Below are positions 44,206-53,116 of a DNA stretch of 64,000 bases, piece after piece. The stretch lies in NCBI GenBank assembly GCA_947497985.1, contig CANMIX010000013.1, forward strand, positions 23,641-87,640, given 5' to 3'. This DNA comes from an uncultured Rhodobacteraceae bacterium. GTDB lineage: Bacteria > Pseudomonadota > Alphaproteobacteria > Rhodobacterales > Rhodobacteraceae. The position numbers and the translations under genes are program-made. The notes under the pieces were generated by a model, which was given only the letters and a program-made list of their open reading frames with translations, made no database searches and was not told where the DNA came from. Each line of letters begins with the position of its first letter. Position 1 is the first letter of the stretch.

Positions 44206-44574
44206 TCAAAGGTTGGGTGGTCTGTCCGGGTTGTCCGGCTCTTCCAGAGTTGAGAGGTGGCCAACCTGCCAACCCAATACGGCCTCGGATTGGTCAAAAA
44301 CTGCGTCGGAAGTTAGCAGTATTAGCGCGAGAGAATTGCACAGGAATGGATTGCATTCGTCATGCTCTATCCCATCTGATCCAAGCAGTGTGCTGCTCGT
44401 CAATTCCCCCAAAGCGTGGCCAGTGTGGTTTTCGACCACAGGCATGACCTTGTGCTCGTCACAATGCCCACCAACGCAACCCATGGATAAAGCATGCGCA
44501 GCGCTGCTTAGCCCCGTCATAAAGACCAGAAGAACAACAAGCAGTATTGAGGTTATGTTTCGAAGGCACTTCAC
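44206..44574 (-). CDS. secreted Cys/His-rich hypothetical protein
   Basis: Signal peptide plus MGCVGGHCDEH and HDECNPFLC motifs. First gene of the copper block. Confidence 0.45.
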   Translation of the reverse strand: MKCLRNITSILLVVLLVFMTGLSSAAHALSMGCVGGHCDEHKVMPVVENHTGHALGELTSSTLLGSDGIEHDECNPFLCNSLALILLTSDAVFDQSEAVLGWQVGHLSTLEEPDNPDRPPNL

Positions 44575-44725
44575 ACAGCGAAGCTATCTCAGTTTCCGAT
44601 CCATTACAACGCGAGCCCTCTGTCAGGTGGTATGAACTCCAACCGCCCTAAGAAAAAAGCCACTCACCCGATTGCAGACCTCCAGGCAACACGCCGCATT
44701 TGATAAAATGAGCTTTTTCCGGCCG

Positions 44726-44926
44726 TTAGCTGCGGTTTGCGCCAATGTCCGTTTCAGCGGGATGATCTGAGCAGTTTGATGTTTCAGGATGACCATCATC
44801 GTAAAGCGCCGCCTGTGTTTCACCATTGTCCCAATGGTACAGCAAGCCGATTTCTTCGCCTGTATTGATACATGTAATGCGGCCGATGGCTTCGGCCGTT
44901 GTGCGAGCACTCTCAAATTCGGGCAA
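44726..44926 (-). CDS. small hypothetical protein (66 aa)
   Basis: Starts 2 nt after the XRE gene stop, on the same strand. Confidence 0.35.
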   Translation of the reverse strand: MPEFESARTTAEAIGRITCINTGEEIGLLYHWDNGETQAALYDDGHPETSNCSDHPAETDIGANRS

Positions 44927-44928
44927 AA

Positions 44929-45141
44929 CTAGCCCCTCTCGTTAAACAATTCCTTTGGATCGACGCCGAGAGCATCCGCGATCCGCTCCAGAACATCGAT
45001 TGATGCCGAATTTCTGGCGAGTTCGATCTCGCTGATATAGCTGCGATCGACTTCCGCAGCTAAGGCTAATTGTTCTTGGCTCAATCCTCTGGAATTTCTT
45101 AGATTCCGTACATTTAGCCCTACTCGTTCCCGCAATTTCAT
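44929..45141 (-). CDS. XRE-family HTH transcriptional regulator
   Basis: LRNSRGLSQEQLALAAEVDRSYISEIELARNSASIDVLERIADAL. Confidence 0.8.
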   Translation of the reverse strand: MKLRERVGLNVRNLRNSRGLSQEQLALAAEVDRSYISEIELARNSASIDVLERIADALGVDPKELFNERG

Positions 45142-45274
45142 GGCCTGTATTCGGCCAGATCACAAGAACTGCTCTACGGAATATATTCCACAAAACGCGC
45201 GCGAGCATCACAAATGATGTTCTCGTATATGGTGTGATGGGGGCTGTTGGAGCTACATTTACAATAATACAGTA

Positions 45275-45940
45275 ATGCAGCAAAGGACATATATTGATAT
45301 GTGGTGCAGATCTATCAGGAATTGGTTCTTTGGGGTCGCAATGTCTCTGCTTTCCAGTGTGGCTCCGCAGGCGGTAAAAGCCTATCAGGTTGACTGCGCC
45401 ATTCTGCTTTGCCTGGCTGGTGGGTGGCCCGCGTCAGCAGAATGCGCTCATGCCCGTGCTGTGTTCATCCGTCGGATTACTCCTTGGCCGATCGAGCCAC
45501 CATTACAAATCTGGCGTTGTCCTATGGGGGTTTCTGAGCGCGCGCCATTGCAAAGCAAGGCCCCGAAAATCTGGGAAGCCAGCAACCAAACAGGTCAAAC
45601 GCTCGGCCAAGTCATTCTGGCGCAAGTGGTCGAAGATGGTGCCGATATCGACATCAGTGGCTTGGAATTCGATTTCGTGCGCTCGATCCGTGTCTGGGAT
45701 GTTCGGCATTACAGTCATCGCGAACGTGGTCGCGACGATGATTGCTCCGAGAATTACAATATGCTCCTCGGCACCTACGGCACGCAGGGCGATTTCGGCT
45801 GGCAACGCACGACGCCAGCGGCCGCCCCGCAGTGGGTGCTTCCATCGCGGCGCTGTTCGTCATCAAATTGGCGTCGCGGAGTCGGCGTTGAATGGGAGGA
45901 TCACGAAGGCAGCCACGGATATGAGTGGGTGGCCTATTAG
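45275..45940 (+). CDS. secreted protein, TrbM-like (tentative)
   Basis: Signal peptide, then DCAILLCLAGGWPASAECAHARAVFIRRI, reminiscent of the Cys-rich core of TrbM conjugal transfer proteins. Confidence 0.4.
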   Translation: MQQRTYIDMWCRSIRNWFFGVAMSLLSSVAPQAVKAYQVDCAILLCLAGGWPASAECAHARAVFIRRITPWPIEPPLQIWRCPMGVSERAPLQSKAPKIWEASNQTGQTLGQVILAQVVEDGADIDISGLEFDFVRSIRVWDVRHYSHRERGRDDDCSENYNMLLGTYGTQGDFGWQRTTPAAAPQWVLPSRRCSSSNWRRGVGVEWEDHEGSHGYEWVAY

Positions 45941-45942
45941 GG

Positions 45943-46257
45943 CTATTCCCCGATATCCTTCATGCGTTCCGAGATATCGACCGCAATGCGCTCATACAAG
46001 GCTGCTTGCTTGTCTCTGGGAGAGCCGGGCTTCGGACTTCTTCGGCGGATGCGCTTCGCGAGCCAGAAGAGCAGCCGCGCGGCGGGGTCTTCCAGTTTTT
46101 CCGGCACAGGGGCCGGATAATTTTCTTCGAGTAGGGCAACGACCTCAGCATTCATACTGCGGTGGTTGGCCTCAGCCGCGAGGCGTATCCTATCGCGCAG
46201 GCCGTCCGGCAGCCGCACGATAAATTTATCCTGATTCTGAGAGCTTTGTTCTGCCAT
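45943..46257 (-). CDS. Arc/MetJ ribbon-helix-helix DNA-binding protein
   Basis: ATG 46257 (MAEQSSQNQDKFIVRLPDGLRDRIRLAAEANHRSMNAEVVALLE). Confidence 0.7.
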   Translation of the reverse strand: MAEQSSQNQDKFIVRLPDGLRDRIRLAAEANHRSMNAEVVALLEENYPAPVPEKLEDPAARLLFWLAKRIRRRSPKPGSPRDKQAALYERIAVDISERMKDIGE

Positions 46258-46258
46258 G

Positions 46259-46310
46259 ATGGCACTGTGCCATAAAAATCGATTGACGCAATAGTGGCTA
46301 AGTGCCACTA
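46259..46310. promoter_or_regulatory. two palindromes in the divergent RHH promoter region
   Basis: ATGGCAC-T-GTGCCAT (46259-46273) and TAGTGGC-taagt-GCCACTA (46292-46310), with TTGACG at 46283-46288. Confidence 0.5.
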
Positions 46311-46341
46311 ACGGGATATTGTTTCAACCTGGAGGCGTTTC

Positions 46342-46536
46342 ATGAACAGTCGTAAACCAATGCAACTTCGGCTTCCGCAAGAGCTCAAGGAGTGGATCAA
46401 GGCGGAGTCCGATCGCAATGGCAACTCCCAGAATTCTGAGGTGATCCGCGCAATTCGCGCGGCAAAGGACAGGCGCTCCACTCCCGCTTCAATCGGAAAT
46501 ATCAATATAGATCAGGGTGATAATGCGCGTTGTTAA
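46342..46536 (+). CDS. Arc-like ribbon-helix-helix protein (regulator or excision factor candidate)
   Basis: MQLRLPQELKEWIKAESDRNGNSQNSEVIRAIR. Confidence 0.65.
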   Translation: MNSRKPMQLRLPQELKEWIKAESDRNGNSQNSEVIRAIRAAKDRRSTPASIGNINIDQGDNARC

Positions 46537-46560
46537 CGAGGTGAGAGAGGTGTCGATAAG

Positions 46561-46752
46561 ATGACGAAAGTAAGTGCACAGACGAAAGCGAAACAAGCGG
46601 CCTCGGCTTTTATCCGCGAGGCGCGGGAGGCAGGTTGGCAACGCGCGAAGTTCGAGATCAAGCCAGATGGCAGTGTCATCGTCGATGCCAACATGGTCGC
46701 GCCAGAGGCAGCTGACGACTTTCTCAACAGTGACCTGAGAATGGGCGAATGA
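46561..46752 (+). CDS. small hypothetical protein (63 aa)
   Basis: ATGA overlap with the integrase start. Confidence 0.45.
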   Translation: MTKVSAQTKAKQAASAFIREAREAGWQRAKFEIKPDGSVIVDANMVAPEAADDFLNSDLRMGE

Positions 46753-47780
46753 CCCGCAAGAGCCTTCCAAAATACGTCTACAATGACAGAGGATACCTTC
46801 GGTTCATCCGGCGTTCGCGCGGCATCTCTGTCATGATGCATGAGGAAGCGGGCACTCCGGAATTTTGGGATCATTACAATCGCCTGCTTAAAGGAAAGCC
46901 AGCGCCTGCGCCGGTGAAGCGTAACTTTGAGGCCTTAATCCTGAGCTATTACGAGAGCGACGCCTACAAAAAGCTGAAGCCCCGGACGAGATCCGACTAT
47001 CGGCGGTATATCAGCCACATTCGTGAGATCTGGGCCGAGAAAGACCCGGCCAGGATCGAGACCCATCATATCTACGAATTGCACCGCGCCAATGCGGATC
47101 ACTGGCGGCAAGCCAATTATCTCGTCCAGGTCATGGTCGTCTTGATGAACCACGCACGATTGATTGGCTTTATTAAGAAGGAGCACGGCAATCCGGCGAA
47201 AGGCATTCCGCTCTTAAAGCAGCAGAGCGATGGCTGGGAGCCTTGGCCGGACGATGTCCGCGCAGAGTTCGAAGCGCTGGCTTCTGAGCGTGCGCGACTG
47301 GTCTACGAGCTTTGCGTTGGCACAGGCCAGCGAATTGGCGACGTCGTAAAGATGAAGTGGGCACACTTTTCCGACGAAGGATTCGATTTCACTCAGGGTA
47401 AAACCGACAAGCCGCTGTGGATCCCGCTCACTGATCGTCTCAAGGCTCACCTGGACGGGCTCGAGCGAACGGACGGCACGGTCGTGACTGACGCTAAGGG
47501 CAGGTCGGTCAGCTATCGCATCATCGCCGAGGAAATGCGCTCCATCAAAAAGAAGATGAAGCACGAGAAGGCGAGCTACTACAAAACGCACGGGCTCAGG
47601 AAAAATGCGACGATTGAGCTGTATCTGGCTGGGTGTGATGACGAGATGGTCAAAGCCGTCACCGGCCATTCAGGCGTTGAGATGCTCAAAAAGTACGGTG
47701 GGCCGATCCGGCAAAGAGAGCTCGCGAAGCGCGCTCAAGAGGCAAGAAATCAAATGGAACGAAGCAAGACCGAAACGTGA
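46749..47780 (+). CDS. int: tyrosine recombinase / ICE integrase
   Basis: Catalytic-type motifs GQRIGDV, HGLRKNA, GHSGVEMLKKYG. Adjacent to the tRNA-Cys 3-prime end. Confidence 0.9.
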   Translation: MTRKSLPKYVYNDRGYLRFIRRSRGISVMMHEEAGTPEFWDHYNRLLKGKPAPAPVKRNFEALILSYYESDAYKKLKPRTRSDYRRYISHIREIWAEKDPARIETHHIYELHRANADHWRQANYLVQVMVVLMNHARLIGFIKKEHGNPAKGIPLLKQQSDGWEPWPDDVRAEFEALASERARLVYELCVGTGQRIGDVVKMKWAHFSDEGFDFTQGKTDKPLWIPLTDRLKAHLDGLERTDGTVVTDAKGRSVSYRIIAEEMRSIKKKMKHEKASYYKTHGLRKNATIELYLAGCDDEMVKAVTGHSGVEMLKKYGGPIRQRELAKRAQEARNQMERSKTET

Positions 47781-47832
47781 AAGTTTCAACGGTTGTTTCA
47801 AAAATGGCAGTGAAGGAGAGAAAGGATGAAGC

Positions 47833-47895
47833 AAGTCATTGATTTTATTGGAGGCGAGTACCGGAATCGAACCGGTGTACACGGATTTGCAATCC
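47833..47895. repeat. attR: repeat copy overlapping the 3-prime part of the intact tRNA-Cys
   Basis: See attL. The 47-nt identity is 47849-47895. Confidence 0.9.
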
Positions 47896-47922
47896 GCTGC
47901 GTCACCACTCCGCCAACTCGCC
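47849..47922 (-). tRNA. tRNA-Cys (GCA)
   Basis: Reverse complement GGCGAGT...GCGGA-TTGCAAA-TCCGT...ACCGGTTCGATTCCGGT-ACTCGCC-TCCA. 74 nt, cloverleaf pairs by eye. Confidence 0.9.
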
Positions 47923-48017
47923 TTACCGGTGGTGTGAGGCGTGATTAATCACATGCATTGTCGGGGTGCAAGAGGGGTTTTGCCGGATGAGGTAAGATTT
48001 CCTATATTTTTGAAACC

Positions 48018-48719
48018 TTAGACCGGATCATGCGAGGAGGGATCTACGCGCTGTAGGGCATTGGCAATTAATTGCGCAACTCCGGGCAGGGCGCCCAGCA
48101 CAGGTAAGGTGGAGCCGGGAAAATTGGCCTCAGCCAAGGAGGTTGGGACGTCGTCACGCACATGGTCTCCTGCTTGCGCAAAGAACGGAAGGCACAGGCT
48201 TTGGGTCGGCAAAAGAGCAGCCGCGGCGGCAATGCTTGGTGATTGCTCGACAAAACCGCAATTGATGCGCGGACCAGGGAGGGCGAGGGAGAGGGCCTTG
48301 GCGAATTTGAACGCGGCTGCCGCTGCGTGACGTCCGCGCGCTGATCCGTGGGCGGCAAGCAAAATGTCGACCTGGTCCAGGGGCCATGAGCGCGTTTCGG
48401 TTTCAGCCCGCATCGCGTCAGCAGCCAATGGTGCAAGGGCCGGATCTAATCCAAAGGGGGCGGTTATCTGTGCTGCGGTGTCACCCAAACGTTGCGGTAG
48501 AACCTTGGTTGTGAACCACCCCTGGGACATAAAGAACGGGTAGATCAGCGCGCCATCCTCTGCGACCAATTCCAATCGACCCGGTGTCGACAGGGTTGCA
48601 GAACGAACGTCCCATCCCGGCATAAACGCGGCAACCTCCCGTGCTAAATCGGCCAATGCGGCCTCGGGCGCATCAGGGGCAGAGGGTTGACCGTGGGCGG
48701 TGATGACAGCGACAGGCAC
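48018..48719 (-). CDS. CbiX/SirB-like chelatase family protein
   Basis: Two-lobed 233-aa protein with LLAAHGSARG and PFFAQAGDHVRDDVP motifs. Confidence 0.55.
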   Translation of the reverse strand: MPVAVITAHGQPSAPDAPEAALADLAREVAAFMPGWDVRSATLSTPGRLELVAEDGALIYPFFMSQGWFTTKVLPQRLGDTAAQITAPFGLDPALAPLAADAMRAETETRSWPLDQVDILLAAHGSARGRHAAAAAFKFAKALSLALPGPRINCGFVEQSPSIAAAAALLPTQSLCLPFFAQAGDHVRDDVPTSLAEANFPGSTLPVLGALPGVAQLIANALQRVDPSSHDPV

Positions 48720-48924
48720 GTTAATTTTCCTTGCTCAGTGTTGGCGGCTAGGGCTTTGGCAATAGCGGGATACCGGCCTAGTGGCGGCGTGGAGACACAG
48801 GTGCAACTTCTGTTGGACAAGGTTCGGTGACAGATATGAGACAAAAACACCTTGAGCAGAAAAAACAAGCAAATTAGTCGGTTGACCTTCTTCAAAGCTT
48901 CACATACATCACTGCCACATTCGA

Positions 48925-48998
48925 GCGGGTATGGTGAAATGGTATCATAAGAGCCTTCCAAGCTTAAGGTGAGGGTTCGATTCCCTCTACCCGCTCCA
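48925..48998 (+). tRNA. tRNA-Gly (UCC)
   Basis: GCGGGTA...AGAGC-CTTCCAA-GCTTA...AGGGTTCGATTCCCT-CTACCCGC-TCCA. 74 nt. Confidence 0.8.
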
Positions 48999-49188
48999 AA
49001 ACACATCCTCCTGACAATATCTGCTCTATTTGCGAACTCTTTTCGGGTGCCATCGCCATAGTTTACGCGACGATCGCCCTGCGCGGCACTTGGTCGCTTG
49101 ACCTTGGGGAGGGAGATGGCCATGAAACCCAAGTCTTTTACGGACCATTGCGGTTCGACCGGGATCAGACAGGGAAGAGGGAGCCATC

Positions 49189-50988
49189 ATGGCACGACGA
49201 CAGGCCGCTCCAGGCGCAGAAGAAGAGCGCGAAGGCTCAAAAAAGATCGGCGTCTTGCGCGCGTTATGGCCGTTCATGAAGCCCTACCGCTTGCTCATTC
49301 TTGGAGCTTTGGCTGCATTGATCCTCACGGCGGGTGTGTCGCTGACGTTGCCGCTTGCGGTGCGCCGTGTTGTCGACAACTTCCGATTTTCCGAAAACGC
49401 ACTGCTGAACCAGTATTTTCTAGCGGCGATTGGCATTGCCGGATTGCTGGCCGTTGGCACGGGCCTGCGGTATGCGCTGGTCACCCGTTTGGGCGAACGG
49501 GTTGTAGCTGATATCCGCAAGGCCGTGTTTGACCGGGTTATCGCCATGAGCCCCGCGTTCTTTGAAAACATCCTGACGGGCGAGGTTCTGAGCCGGATCA
49601 CCACGGATACAACCCTTATCCAATCCGTACTTGGCTCATCCGCCTCAATTGCACTGCGCAATCTGCTGATCTTCCTTGGTGGTTTGGTGCTGATGCTACT
49701 GACCTCTGCCAAATTGACATTGCTGGTTCTGCTAATCGTGCCTGCGGTTGTCGTGCCGATCATGACACTGGGGCGTCGTTTGCGCGTTATCAGTCGCGAG
49801 AACCAGGACTGGATCGCGGCGTCATCCGGCAATGCTGGGGAGGCTTTGGGTGCGGTGCAGACTGTCCAGGCCTTTACGCATGAAGCGATCAGTCGCACGC
49901 AGTTTGCGGAGCTGACCGAAACCGCATTCGACAGCTCGCAACGGCGTATCCGCACCCGTGCGTTTTTGACCGTGATCGTGATCTTTTTGGTGTTCTCGGG
50001 CGTGGTTGGCGTCTTGTGGATTGGTGCCAACGATGTGCGCGCGGGCACGATGACCGAAGGGGCATTGGTGCAATTTGTCATCTATGCCGTGCTGGTCGCC
50101 GGATCGGTTGCGGCCCTGTCCGAGATCTGGAGCGAAATACAGCGAGCGGCGGGGGCGACCGAACGTCTGGTTGAACTGCTTGAGGCTGAAGATAGTGTGA
50201 TTGACCCCGAGACGCCGCGCCCGTTGCCTGCACCAGTGCAGGGGCGTATTGAATTCGACGCGGTCAAGTTCCGCTATCCCGCGCGCCCGGACACCGTCGC
50301 CCTTGATGATATCTCGCTGACGGTTGAACCGGGGGAAACCGTGGCCTTTGTCGGCCCGTCGGGCGCGGGGAAAACGACCATTATTCAACTGCTTCAGCGG
50401 TACTATGATCCAAATACCGGGCAGGTGCGTCTAGATGGCGTCGCTCTGGATCATATGCGCCGCGATGAATTCCGTCAGTCCATCGCGTTGGTGCCGCAAA
50501 GCCCGATTATCTTTGCCACATCGGCGCGCGAAAACATCCGCTTTGGTCGCCCTGGCGCGACTGATGCAGAGATCGAGGCCGCAGCACAAGCCGCAGCCGC
50601 ACATGATTTTATCACCGCCTTGCCAGAAGGGTACGACAGTTTCCTAGGCGAACGTGGTGTGATGCTGTCGGGTGGGCAAAAGCAACGTATCGCTATTGCG
50701 CGCGCGATCCTGCGGGACTCGCCTGTTTTGTTGCTGGACGAGGCCACATCGGCACTGGATGCCGAAAGCGAGCGTCTGGTTCAGGCTGCGGTGGATGAGC
50801 TGAGCCAGGGACGGACCACTTTGGTTGTGGCCCACCGACTGGCGACCGTGAAGAAAGCGGACCGGATTGTTGTCATGGACGCAGGTAAAATCGTGGCAAT
50901 GGGCACGCATGATGAATTGGTCGCCGAAGGTGGGCTTTATGCACGGTTGGCGCGTTTGCAGTTCACGGATGGCATGGCGGCTGAGTAA
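49189..50988 (+). CDS. ABC exporter, fused permease/ATPase (MsbA/ATM1-like)
   Basis: Six-TM N-domain. Walker A GPSGAGKTT. Signature LSGGQKQR. Walker B LLLDEATSALD. Confidence 0.9.
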   Translation: MARRQAAPGAEEEREGSKKIGVLRALWPFMKPYRLLILGALAALILTAGVSLTLPLAVRRVVDNFRFSENALLNQYFLAAIGIAGLLAVGTGLRYALVTRLGERVVADIRKAVFDRVIAMSPAFFENILTGEVLSRITTDTTLIQSVLGSSASIALRNLLIFLGGLVLMLLTSAKLTLLVLLIVPAVVVPIMTLGRRLRVISRENQDWIAASSGNAGEALGAVQTVQAFTHEAISRTQFAELTETAFDSSQRRIRTRAFLTVIVIFLVFSGVVGVLWIGANDVRAGTMTEGALVQFVIYAVLVAGSVAALSEIWSEIQRAAGATERLVELLEAEDSVIDPETPRPLPAPVQGRIEFDAVKFRYPARPDTVALDDISLTVEPGETVAFVGPSGAGKTTIIQLLQRYYDPNTGQVRLDGVALDHMRRDEFRQSIALVPQSPIIFATSARENIRFGRPGATDAEIEAAAQAAAAHDFITALPEGYDSFLGERGVMLSGGQKQRIAIARAILRDSPVLLLDEATSALDAESERLVQAAVDELSQGRTTLVVAHRLATVKKADRIVVMDAGKIVAMGTHDELVAEGGLYARLARLQFTDGMAAE

Positions 50989-51163
50989 TCTGCACATCCA
51001 ACCCCGCACCTATTTATGCTGACCGCCGCGTTTCCATTTGTTTTGAGACGCGGCCCGGCCTCTCTGGTGCCATTAAACTTTCGCAACTATGATCTAGTGA
51101 TCCGGCGGCGTGCGGGAGCCACTTTGCGCCGGCCAGTCGGTTAACGAGGGAGGAGAGGACGAG

Positions 51164-53050
51164 ATGGGATTTGCCACCGCTCAAGAGTGTGCCCAATTCG
51201 AAAGTGAGATGACGTATAAAGAACGTGGGATGCCTGCGACTTTATTTGCATTGTTGACGCAAACCGCTGGGAAATTCCCAACCCACAATGCGATCAGTTA
51301 TCAGTTGTTCTCTGGCGCAAAAGACCCGGCGGAAACGGTCACGTGGGGCACATTTCTCACGCGGGTGACCCAGGCCGCCAACATGTTTCGCGCTCTTGGC
51401 ATCGGTGAAGACGACACAATCGCCTATGTGCTGCCAAATTGTAATGAGGCGCTTTATACGTTCTTGGGCGGTGCGATTGCGGGCATTGTAAATCCAATCA
51501 ACCCGCTGTTGGAACCCGAACAGATCGCCTCGATCCTGCGGGAAACAGGGGCCAAGGTTGTGGTGACCCTGAAGCCTTTCCCAAAGACCGATGTCCCGCA
51601 AAAAGTTGCCGAAGCGGTGCGTCACGCGCCCAATGTGAACACGGTGTTAGAGGTGGATTTGAACCGCTATCTGACACCGCCGAAATCCTGGATCGTGCCG
51701 TTCCTGCGGCCCAAAATGGCTGACAGGGAGCATCTGGCCCACGCGGACTATCTTTGTTTTAACAAGGAAATGCGCAAACAACCGACGCAGCTTGCATTCG
51801 CCGACAGCGCGGGCGACCGGGTCGCTTGCTATTTTCACACCGGCGGCACAACCGGCATGCCAAAGGTTGCCCAGCACAAATACTCTGGTCTGATTTACAA
51901 TGGTTGGATTGGATCAACACTGCTGTTCACTGAAACCGACAACATCATGTGCCCCTTGCCGATGTTCCATGTGTTTGCCTGCCATGTGATTGTCATGGCT
52001 GCGATTGCCTCGGGTGCACATGTGGTGTTTCCAACCCCGCAGGGTTATCGCGGAGACGGGGTGTTCGACAACTTCTGGAAGCTCATCGAACGGTGGAAGA
52101 TCTCTTTCATTATCACGGTGCCCACGGCGGTATCCGCTTTGATGCAACGACCGGTGGACGCGGATATCTCCTCTGTCAAAACGGCTTTTTCCGGATCCGC
52201 GCCCATGCCAATGGAGCTGTTCAATCGGTTTCAGTCCACCTCGGGCGTGAATATCGTCGAAGGCTATGGTTTGACCGAGGCGACCTGTCTGGTGGCCTGT
52301 AACCCGGTCGAAGGTGAGAAACAAATCGGCTCTGTTGGTCTTCCGTTTCCTTATACGGATATCAAAATCATCCAATCTTCGCCCAACGGCCTGCAGGATG
52401 CAGAAACCGGTGAAGTGGGTGAGATCTGCGTGTCCAGCCCTGGAGTTTTCCCGGGCAACACCTATACCGAGACGGCAAAGAACGCCGATCTTTACTACCG
52501 CGATATCTATCTGCGCACCGGAGATCTGGGGCGCATGGACAGCGACGGCTATCTCTGGATTACGGGACGGGCCAAGGACCTGATCATTCGTGGAGGCCAC
52601 AACATCGACCCGGCCGAAATCGAGGAGGCCGTGCTGGGCCACGAAGCGGTCGCGTTTGCAGGTGCCATTGGCCAACCGGATGCGCACTCGGGCGAGCTGC
52701 CTTGCGTGTATGTAGAACTGGTGGACGGCGCCCAGGTGAGCGAGGTTGAGTTGCTGGAATACTGCAAGATACATGTCCATGAACGCGCGGCCATTCCCAA
52801 AGCGTTGACCATTCTGGACGCTCTTCCCAAGACCGCCGTTGGCAAAGTTTTCAAACCTGACCTGCGCAAGCTGGCGATCACACGTGTGTACAACGCAGCA
52901 TTGGAAAATGCTGGGCAGGCGGCACGTGTCGAGAGCGTCGTTGACGACAAGCACAAAGGCCTTGTGGCGCAAGTTTCCTTGCAGGGCAGCGACCCGGACG
53001 CTGTTGGCCATGTGTTGGGCAGTTTCACTCGGCCTTGGGAGCAGGTGTGA
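51164..53050 (+). CDS. acyl-CoA synthetase (AMP-forming adenylating enzyme)
   Basis: ATG 51164 after GAGGGAGGAGAGGA. AMP-binding motif YFHTGGTTGMPK, plus GYGLTE and TGDLG motifs. Confidence 0.88.
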   Translation: MGFATAQECAQFESEMTYKERGMPATLFALLTQTAGKFPTHNAISYQLFSGAKDPAETVTWGTFLTRVTQAANMFRALGIGEDDTIAYVLPNCNEALYTFLGGAIAGIVNPINPLLEPEQIASILRETGAKVVVTLKPFPKTDVPQKVAEAVRHAPNVNTVLEVDLNRYLTPPKSWIVPFLRPKMADREHLAHADYLCFNKEMRKQPTQLAFADSAGDRVACYFHTGGTTGMPKVAQHKYSGLIYNGWIGSTLLFTETDNIMCPLPMFHVFACHVIVMAAIASGAHVVFPTPQGYRGDGVFDNFWKLIERWKISFIITVPTAVSALMQRPVDADISSVKTAFSGSAPMPMELFNRFQSTSGVNIVEGYGLTEATCLVACNPVEGEKQIGSVGLPFPYTDIKIIQSSPNGLQDAETGEVGEICVSSPGVFPGNTYTETAKNADLYYRDIYLRTGDLGRMDSDGYLWITGRAKDLIIRGGHNIDPAEIEEAVLGHEAVAFAGAIGQPDAHSGELPCVYVELVDGAQVSEVELLEYCKIHVHERAAIPKALTILDALPKTAVGKVFKPDLRKLAITRVYNAALENAGQAARVESVVDDKHKGLVAQVSLQGSDPDAVGHVLGSFTRPWEQV

Positions 53051-53116
53051 ACCAATTGTCCTTCGGACCTTTTCACCGCGCGTTCTCTGCCTTACCCTGA
53101 GGGACGTCCATATGGA

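Larger units (their letters stand above)
345..47895. mobile_element. integrative conjugative element in tRNA-Cys (~47.5 kb)
   Basis: Flanking direct repeats, integrase, relaxase/mobC/oriT, virD4, full virB T4SS, ardC, accessory defence and metal-resistance cargo. Confidence 0.9.

Noticed and set aside
35583-44725. Transposon borders around the metal-resistance blocks
   Set aside because: I compared both edges of the mer/CDF/copper region and found no inverted or direct repeats and no transposase or resolvase.
45390-46223. 277-aa plus-strand ORF
   Set aside because: Alternative frame across the TrbM-like gene and antisense to the Arc-like gene. Arg/Ala/Pro-rich with no motif.
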